Shown: in pieces, positions 8,497 through 14,174 of the stretch
Position numbering within the stretch: position 1 is the first letter of the stretch
How the letters are laid out: the number at the start of each line of letters is the position of its first letter
From: an uncultured Bacilli bacterium
Lineage (GTDB): Bacteria; Bacillota_I; Bacilli_A; RF39; UBA660
Assembly (NCBI GenBank): GCA_944363775.1
Contig: CALVVE010000002.1
Span: 1 to 35,099, forward strand
Reading direction: 5' to 3'
DNA: 35,099 bases
Program-made: the position numbers and the translations under genes
The notes under the pieces: model-generated
What the model saw: the letters and a program-made list of their open reading frames with translations, nothing else
Told to the model about the DNA's origin: nothing
The model's database searches: none

Positions 8497-10227
8497 CTAT
8501 GGTGTAAGGACAGCACGAATACTAGCGTTGAAATTGGCAAGTCCATTCGAAATATCCACATAGAACAATCCGTCAGCTGCACCAGTGCTAGCACCCCCAC
8601 CACGACTAAACCAGGGGCCAGAAGATGTGTATGGAAAATATCCATAGTCATTATACCATCCATTAGCATTTGTTCCTTCTTTTTTTCTTACTTCTTTTGT
8701 TGCATCTCCTAAATTTCCTTTACTAAAATCTGTTGATTCTATATTATTTGGATATAAATCAAAATACTTACTATCTGGTTGTTCACTAAAGCCACTACTT
8801 GCGGATTGGAATGTTCCTTCAGGACTTGCAATAGCAGCCATTGTTCTTTCCCATGCTCCCCCACTCATATCATATATTCCATAGATATTGTTGGTGGTAC
8901 TTGCTTTTACTCCCTCTTGTTTATAATCTCTTCCTGCTTCACATGCTGTCATATTATTTTTTACTCCAGCACTTACTGTTTCTCCACTACATCCTGTTAT
9001 ACTTGGTCCCCATTGGATTCCATTATTAGTTTCTCCTGTTCCTGTATTTACATTATTTATCCATACCTCTTCACAAACTCCACCAGTACATCTTCCATAT
9101 TTTGAATTTGTTAAATAAGCTACTGCTCCCCACTCCATATTCTTTATCATATGAGAATCATATTGTGTTAGTCCATATGTTTCACTTGACATACTTTGTA
9201 TTGTGTTAAATGCGGTTGCAATATCCTGATTTGTTAAACTTATTAAATTAGGTTTTACTGTAGGCGCTTCTCCTGTTCCTGTCATTTCAAATTTTCCAAA
9301 CCAAAATCCTGGTATTTCTTCTCCACCAAATGTAAATGCTGGATGTGTTAACCATTCTCCATTTTGTGTTCCATTTGCTTTTGTTGTACTTGTTGTTTCA
9401 AACTGTATTTCTATTTCTTGTTCATCACTTACTCCGTCTACATTCCAAAGTTTGTAACGATATCTTGGTATCCATACATAATATGCTAGAACGTCATCTT
9501 CTTCTATTGAAGTACCTGCTGGTGCTGATTGGTAAGTTTCTCTTGAATCACTTGTTACTGCTACTGCATTGGCCCATTCTTTTGCTTCATAGTTATACCA
9601 ATATCCATCTTGATTTGCTTTTATGGTATTACCTTCTGCATCATACATTACTGGTATTAATCCATCTTTTATTACTGGTTCTTCAAATGTTCCTACTACA
9701 TCTGGTAATGTTGCTCCTGTATCTTGTGAATAATTTAGTGTTAATGTAAGTTGTTTTGATTCTTCTGGTATCTCTGTTGCTGCCATATTATAACTTACTA
9801 TTACTTTAAATGTTTTACTTTCTCCAACACCTAACTTTTCATTTACACTTAAGTCTTTTACACTAAATGTTATATATGTAGGTGCTTTATTATTTGCTTC
9901 ATCTATTCCTTCTATACTTTCAAGGTAAGCATCTAATTTACCTTGATTTTGTACAGTTACTATATATTCTGCATTACTTCCTGGTTTATCTAGTTTTACT
10001 TGAAAGGTTACACTCGTTCCTTCAAATGATTTTTGTACTGTTGTTGCACTATTCATTGTTCCTTCTTGTATATTTGTAAACACTACTTTAAAATCACTTG
10101 TTATATTACTTGTTCCATTTATTGTTAAATAACTACTTAAGGCTGAATAACCGATTGCCATTCCCACTAGAATAACCATTAATATTACAAGTATTATATT
10201 TTTTCTTCTAACTGAACTTCTATACAT
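8497..10227 (-). CDS. secreted or signal-anchored protein with N-terminal beta-rich domain and C-terminal FGE-sulfatase (SUMF1)/C-type-lectin-like domain
   Basis: Start placed at the ATG at 10227 (MYRSSVRRKNIILVILMVILVGMAIGYSALSSYLTINGT) after AGGAAGG. C-terminal motifs are HPAFTFGGEEIPGFWFGKFE, MEWGAVAYLTNSKYG, IYGIYDMSGGAWE and WFSRGGG...NASIRAVL. These resemble the FGE-sulfatase fold pattern (GxYDMxGNxWE ... RGGS ... FR). Confidence 0.7.
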   Translation of the reverse strand: MYRSSVRRKNIILVILMVILVGMAIGYSALSSYLTINGTSNITSDFKVVFTNIQEGTMNSATTVQKSFEGTSVTFQVKLDKPGSNAEYIVTVQNQGKLDAYLESIEGIDEANNKAPTYITFSVKDLSVNEKLGVGESKTFKVIVSYNMAATEIPEESKQLTLTLNYSQDTGATLPDVVGTFEEPVIKDGLIPVMYDAEGNTIKANQDGYWYNYEAKEWANAVAVTSDSRETYQSAPAGTSIEEDDVLAYYVWIPRYRYKLWNVDGVSDEQEIEIQFETTSTTKANGTQNGEWLTHPAFTFGGEEIPGFWFGKFEMTGTGEAPTVKPNLISLTNQDIATAFNTIQSMSSETYGLTQYDSHMIKNMEWGAVAYLTNSKYGRCTGGVCEEVWINNVNTGTGETNNGIQWGPSITGCSGETVSAGVKNNMTACEAGRDYKQEGVKASTTNNIYGIYDMSGGAWERTMAAIASPEGTFQSASSGFSEQPDSKYFDLYPNNIESTDFSKGNLGDATKEVRKKEGTNANGWYNDYGYFPYTSSGPWFSRGGGASTGAADGLFYVDISNGLANFNASIRAVLTP

Positions 10228-10256
10228 AGTTATCAACCTTCCTACCTTCTATATAA

Positions 10257-10285
10257 ATTATAAAGATTACATAGTTAATTGTCAA
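10257..10285 (-). promoter_or_regulatory. sigma-A promoter, TTGACA-17-TATAAT (perfect consensus)
   Basis: On the minus strand, TTGACA is at 10285..10280, followed by exactly 17 nt and TATAAT at 10262..10257. It lies about 30 nt upstream of the ATG at 10227. Confidence 0.65.
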
Positions 10286-10308
10286 GTAACAAATTTAGAC
10301 AAAAATAT

Positions 10309-10338
10309 TAAAAAAAAAATTATGTATGAAACATAATT
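10309..10338 (-). terminator. probable terminator after the Zn-peptidase gene
   Basis: Minus-strand hairpin AAUUAUGU-UUCAU-ACAUAAUU followed by about nine U residues, immediately after the stop at 10339. The stem is AT-rich and therefore weak. Confidence 0.5.
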
Positions 10339-11034
10339 TTAATCATCACTATTATTTACCATAATTAGTAAACGTAAAATATTTAAGATTGTAGAAATTA
10401 AACCGGCAACATAAGTTAAAGCAGCTGCTTTTAACATTTCACGAGCTTTTTCTCTTTCATTATCTTCAACTAAAGATAATTTTTTTAATTCTTCTAATGC
10501 TCTTTTTGATGCATCAAATTCTACTGGTAATGTAACAAGTTGAAATAATAATGTTGCACATAATACTAAAATACTTATTTTTAAATAACCAGTAATACCA
10601 GCAAATATAGCAATTATAATCCCAAAGTAACCTAAATAACTTACTAAGTTAACAAATGGAACTAGTGCACTTCTTACGCGCATCATTGTGTAACCTACTT
10701 TATCTTGAATTGCATGACCACATTCATGAGCTGCTACACTAATTGAAGCAATACTTGTTCCATGAAAAACTTCATGTGAAAGTCTTACTACTTTTCTACT
10801 TGGATCATAATGATCAGTTAACTCTCCTCTTGTTTCTACAACATAAATATCTTTTAAACCATTACTATCTAATATTTTACGAGCAACTTCTTGCCCACTT
10901 AAATTTCCTTTACTTTGTACTTTTCTAAACTTATTATAAGTACTATTAATTTTTGCTTGTGCATAAATAACTACAACAATAGCTAAAAACATTAAACTAA
11001 TTGTAAGTAAATTATCTAATCCAAAATATATCAT
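10339..11034 (-). CDS. membrane zinc metallopeptidase, YugP/Zn_peptidase_2 family
   Basis: 231 aa with an N-terminal TM segment, an HECGHAIQ zinc motif and C-terminal TM helices. GAGGGTGA RBS present. Confidence 0.85.
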   Translation of the reverse strand: MIYFGLDNLLTISLMFLAIVVVIYAQAKINSTYNKFRKVQSKGNLSGQEVARKILDSNGLKDIYVVETRGELTDHYDPSRKVVRLSHEVFHGTSIASISVAAHECGHAIQDKVGYTMMRVRSALVPFVNLVSYLGYFGIIIAIFAGITGYLKISILVLCATLLFQLVTLPVEFDASKRALEELKKLSLVEDNEREKAREMLKAAALTYVAGLISTILNILRLLIMVNNSDD

Positions 11035-11045
11035 TTATTCACCCT

Positions 11046-12440
11046 CTATATTATTTCGAATATTGTTCCTTCACGTGTATCTTTAATTTGAATTCCTTTA
11101 CTTTTTAACTCTTCTCTTATATTATCCGCAGTTTCATAATCTTTATTCTTCTTAGCTTCATTACGCTTTTCTATTTGTTCTAAAATCCAAGCTTTTAAAT
11201 TTTCATCAATTTCTTTTTCTTTGTTATCTAATAAGCTTAAAGATAATACTTGATCAAAGTCTTTAACTAAATATAATTTAGTTGTATCATTCATTTCATC
11301 TTTTAAAACATCATAAAGTACAGTTAATGCACTAGATGTATTTAAATCATTTTCTAAAGCTTTCTTAAACTTATCTTGATATAAAGTTATCTTTTCTTGT
11401 TCTAAAGTTCCATCTTCTTTTAATGATTTAATTTTGTTTAACAACTTATTATACTCATTCTCTGTTTGTGTAAGTGTTTCATAACTAAATACTAATTGAT
11501 TACGATAATGACTTTTTAAACAAAAATAACGATAACTTAATGGATTATAACCTTTTTCTTCTAAAAGTGAAACAGTTAAAAATTCTCCTTTTGATTTACT
11601 CATTTTTCCAGTACTATCATTTAAATGTTCACCATGGCACCAATAATTACACCAATGATGTCCTAAATAACTTTCTGATTGAGCAATCTCATTAGTATGG
11701 TGTGGGAAAACATTGTCAACTCCACCACAATGAATATCTAAATATTCTCCTAAATAAGCAATAGAAATACCAGAACATTCTATGTGCCACCCTGGATACC
11801 CTACTCCCCATGGTGAATCCCACTTCATTGCTTGATCATCAAACTTAGAACTTGTAAACCATAATCCAAAATCAGCTGGATTTCGTTTATTGATATCTTC
11901 AGTTACATCATCACGAGCACCAACAATTAAATCTTCAGCATTTTTACCAGATAATTCATAGTAATCTTTTACTTTAGAAACATCAAAATAAATATTTCCA
12001 CCCGCAGGATAAGCAATATCCTTTTCTAATAATACACTAATAATGTGAATATAATCTGAAATATGATCAGTTGCTTTAGAAACAATTTCTGGCCACTTAA
12101 TATTTAACTTCTCAGTATCACTCTTAAAAGCATTTGTATAATATTCAGCAATCTCATAAACTGTTTTATGTTCACGAATTGCTCCTTTTAACATTTTATC
12201 TTCACCAGTATCAGAATCACTAGTCATATGTCCAACATCAGTAATATTCATAGCTCTTTTAACATTGTATCCTAAATACTTTAATGTTTTTTCTAATATA
12301 TCTTCAAATATATAAGTTCTTAAATTGCCAATATGGGCATAGTGATATACTGTTGGTCCACAAGTATACATAGTTACACAATCTTTGTTATATGGTATAA
12401 ATTCTTCTATTTTTCTTCCTAACGTGTTATATAATTTCAT
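11046..12440 (-). CDS. cysS: cysteine--tRNA ligase
   Basis: Class I signatures HIGN (YHYAHIGNLR) and KMSKS (GKMSKSKG). Start placed at the ATG at 12440 (MKLYNTLGRK), 4 nt after GAGGTG. Confidence 0.96.
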   Translation of the reverse strand: MKLYNTLGRKIEEFIPYNKDCVTMYTCGPTVYHYAHIGNLRTYIFEDILEKTLKYLGYNVKRAMNITDVGHMTSDSDTGEDKMLKGAIREHKTVYEIAEYYTNAFKSDTEKLNIKWPEIVSKATDHISDYIHIISVLLEKDIAYPAGGNIYFDVSKVKDYYELSGKNAEDLIVGARDDVTEDINKRNPADFGLWFTSSKFDDQAMKWDSPWGVGYPGWHIECSGISIAYLGEYLDIHCGGVDNVFPHHTNEIAQSESYLGHHWCNYWCHGEHLNDSTGKMSKSKGEFLTVSLLEEKGYNPLSYRYFCLKSHYRNQLVFSYETLTQTENEYNKLLNKIKSLKEDGTLEQEKITLYQDKFKKALENDLNTSSALTVLYDVLKDEMNDTTKLYLVKDFDQVLSLSLLDNKEKEIDENLKAWILEQIEKRNEAKKNKDYETADNIREELKSKGIQIKDTREGTIFEII

Positions 12441-12473
12441 AATACACCTCACATTAATTATATCATACTTTTA

Positions 12474-13412
12474 TTAATCAACAACTTTAAAATTAGTAAA
12501 CGTAATTTCATCAACAATTGTTTTAGTATTAGTTTTAAAATTATTACTTAAATACTTTTTATTATCATCAACAAAAACAGTTACATATTTTCCATCATTT
12601 TTACTTGCAAGAATAGTAACTAAAGCATTTGCTCCACTTGAAAAACCTACCCCAAGACCTAATTCTTTAGCCAACTTAGAAGTCATTTTAAAAACTTCTT
12701 CATCACTAACTGTAATTATTTCATCAATTACTTCACGATTTACTAAATCAGGAATAAATTCATCTCCTATTCCTTCAATTATATGACTACCATTAGTTTT
12801 TAATTTTAATAATGACATATTAACTGGTTCTAAAGCAATTATTTTAGAATTATATTTATCTTTAAAATAAGTTCCTATTCCCATTAAAGTTCCACCAGTA
12901 CCAATACCAGAAATAAATCCATCTACTTTACCTAGCTTATTATCAATCTCTACAGCTGTATTTTGATAATGAGCTTGTGTATTCTTTAGATTAGAAAATT
13001 GATTTAATAAGAAGCCATTATTTTCTTTAGAAAAATTATAAGCTCTTTTTACACATTCTTTAAAACCACCTTCTTCTTTTGAAACAAGAGTAACAACAGC
13101 TCCAAAATTTTCCATTATTTTAATTCTTTCTTTACTTATCCAATCTGGCATAAATATATATACTTTATGTTTTAATAACGCACCTAGTGCAGCAAGTGAA
13201 ATACCAGTATTACCACTCGTTGCCTCTACTAAAATTTGATTATCTTTTAAATTACCATTCTTTATTGCATCATTAAGAATATTATAAACTACTCTATCTT
13301 TAATACTACCAGTAAAATTATAATACTCTAATTTTGCATAAAAACTATTTTCTTTTCCTCTAAATTTATAAAAAATTTCAATTAATGGTGTATTTCCAAT
13401 TAAATTATTCAT
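12474..13412 (-). CDS. cysK: cysteine synthase (O-acetylserine sulfhydrylase), PLP-dependent
   Basis: PLP lysine motif GSIKDR, SGNTGISLA and the GIGTGGTL glycine loop. Length is 312 aa, and the gene lies 21 nt upstream of cysS. Confidence 0.88.
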   Translation of the reverse strand: MNNLIGNTPLIEIFYKFRGKENSFYAKLEYYNFTGSIKDRVVYNILNDAIKNGNLKDNQILVEATSGNTGISLAALGALLKHKVYIFMPDWISKERIKIMENFGAVVTLVSKEEGGFKECVKRAYNFSKENNGFLLNQFSNLKNTQAHYQNTAVEIDNKLGKVDGFISGIGTGGTLMGIGTYFKDKYNSKIIALEPVNMSLLKLKTNGSHIIEGIGDEFIPDLVNREVIDEIITVSDEEVFKMTSKLAKELGLGVGFSSGANALVTILASKNDGKYVTVFVDDNKKYLSNNFKTNTKTIVDEITFTNFKVVD

Positions 13413-13473
13413 ATAATCACCTATCTTATCATATGATAAATATAGAAAAAATTGTTTTTTTTAATAATTTTTA

Positions 13474-13502
13474 TTGCATAAAATTTTAGTTTGTGTTATT
13501 AT
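13474..13502 (+). promoter_or_regulatory. sigma-A promoter of the tRNA pair, TTGCAT-17-TATTAT
   Basis: TTGCAT at 13474-13479, a 17-nt spacer, then TATTAT at 13497-13502. It lies 12 nt upstream of the first tRNA. Confidence 0.55.
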
Positions 13503-13514
13503 TAATATGCACAT

Positions 13515-13591
13515 GGACCTTTAGCTCAGTTGGTTAGAGCATCCGGCTCATAACCGGGCGGTCGATGGTTCGAGTCCATCAAGGTCCACCA
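13515..13591 (+). tRNA. tRNA with CAU anticodon, most likely tRNA-Ile2 (lysidine) rather than elongator Met
   Basis: 77 nt folding into a clean cloverleaf: acceptor GGACCTT/AAGGTCC, anticodon loop CTCATAA, T-loop GGTTCGAGTCC and an encoded CCA. The sequence closely resembles the Bacillus tRNA-Ile(CAU) as I recall it. Confidence 0.93.
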
Positions 13592-13599
13592 TTTTATTT

Positions 13600-13684
13600 G
13601 CGGGTGTGGCGAAATTGGTAGACGCACTAGACTTAGGATCTAGCGCTTAACGGCATGGGGGTTCGAGTCCCTTCACCCGCACCA
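13600..13684 (+). tRNA. tRNA-Leu (UAG)
   Basis: 85-nt type II tRNA with a long variable arm. Acceptor GCGGGTG/CACCCGC, anticodon stem-loop CTAGA-CTTAGGA-TCTAG and an encoded CCA. Confidence 0.95.
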
Positions 13685-13769
13685 GATTGATTTTTACTTG
13701 AACATTCGAGTTATAAAATAAATTATAAAAGTTATTAATATGTTGAGGAAACTTACATATAATAAAAAT

Positions 13770-13855
13770 GGGAATACTTAACAGAGCAAAGTTGAGTACT
13801 TACCAATATATTGGGTTAAGCACTTAATCTAAGAGATTGAGTGCTTTTTCTTTTT
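13770..13855 (+). ncRNA. candidate antisense small RNA (putative type I antitoxin) convergent with the 24-aa peptide gene
   Basis: TTAATA(13735-40)-17-TATAAT(13758-63) lies 7 nt before GGGAATAC. There is no ORF, and the RNA ends at a strong intrinsic terminator (13818-13855). It is complementary to the predicted 3' UTR of the minus-strand peptide mRNA. It could alternatively be the tRNA operon trailer. Confidence 0.4.
13818..13855 (+). terminator. rho-independent terminator (plus strand)
   Basis: 13-bp stem AAGCACUUAAUCU/AGAUUGAGUGCUU with one U.G wobble on the plus-strand RNA; the same position is a C.A mismatch on the minus strand. Loop is AAG, followed by UUUUUCUUUUU. Confidence 0.7.
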
Positions 13856-13866
13856 ATAATTCATTA

Positions 13867-13941
13867 TCATTTAAATAATAAAAGAATAAGTAGAATGATG
13901 ATAATGATTAAAGAAAGAATTAAAAAATCCTTTTTACTCAT
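13867..13941 (-). CDS. 24-aa hydrophobic peptide (MSKKDFLILSLIIIIILLILLLFK), candidate type I toxin or small membrane protein
   Basis: ATG at 13941 lies 7 nt downstream of GGAGGU, with the TGA stop at 13869-13867 followed by in-frame TAA and TGA. The peptide has a single TM-length hydrophobic core flanked by Lys residues. It is below the ORF-track length cutoff. Confidence 0.5.
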   Translation of the reverse strand: MSKKDFLILSLIIIIILLILLLFK

Positions 13942-13948
13942 TTTCACC

Positions 13949-13964
13949 ACCTCCTTTCGGAGGT
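13949..13964 (-). promoter_or_regulatory. Shine-Dalgarno-sequestering hairpin ACCUCC-GAAA-GGAGGU
   Basis: Perfect 6-bp G/C-rich stem with a GNRA tetraloop. The 3' half of the stem is the SD of the 24-aa ORF. Confidence 0.55.
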
Positions 13965-14075
13965 AAGCACTCAACTGTTAAAGTATTCCTAAATAAATTA
14001 TACAAAAAGATTTATTATGTTATAACAAATTTAACTAAATTTTACAAACAAAAAATATTAAAAAATTAAATAAAT

Positions 14076-14104
14076 AATTGTACGTTAACTAGTACAATTT
14101 TTTT
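14076..14104 (+). terminator. hairpin plus T-tract (insulating terminator upstream of the autolysin promoter)
   Basis: 8-bp stem AATTGTAC/GTACAATT with the loop GTTAACTA, followed by TTTTTT. Confidence 0.45.
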
Positions 14105-14125
14105 AGATAACTTTAGTTAATATCC

Positions 14126-14154
14126 TTTACAATCTATTTTATACTTTATATAAT
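14126..14154 (+). promoter_or_regulatory. sigma-A promoter of the autolysin gene, TTTACA-17-TATAAT
   Basis: TTTACA at 14126-14131, a 17-nt spacer, then TATAAT at 14149-14154. It lies 20 nt upstream of the TTG start and is followed by an AGGAGG RBS. Confidence 0.55.
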
Positions 14155-14174
14155 GCGATTGAAAGGAGGCAAAA

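Larger units (their letters stand above)
13771..13989. repeat. imperfect inverted repeat with arms at 13771-13804 and 13962-13989
   Basis: Left arm is GGAATACTTAACAG[AGCAAAG]TTGAGTACTTACC. The reverse complement of the right arm is GGAATACTTTAACAGTTGAGTGCTTACC. That gives 27 pairable positions with one bulge, one 7-nt internal loop and one position that is G.U only on the minus-strand RNA. Confidence 0.75.

Noticed and set aside
8481-10079. Five ORFs overlapping the 576-aa secreted-protein gene (8481..8669 minus strand; 8779..9105, 8841..9029, 9336..9749 and 9882..10079 plus strand)
   Set aside because: Their translations are Leu/His/Phe-rich nonsense typical of antisense or out-of-frame reading of a Thr/Gly/Glu-rich gene. 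None has RBS or promoter support. The 576-aa frame has a consensus promoter, an RBS and recognisable domain motifs.
8497-10236. Possible horizontal acquisition of the secreted-protein gene, based on its apparently higher GC
   Set aside because: Hand counts of 60-nt lines gave about 35% GC, the same as conserved genes such as pnp. The very low-GC stretches are intergenic or low-complexity regions. There is no compositional anomaly I can defend without computation.
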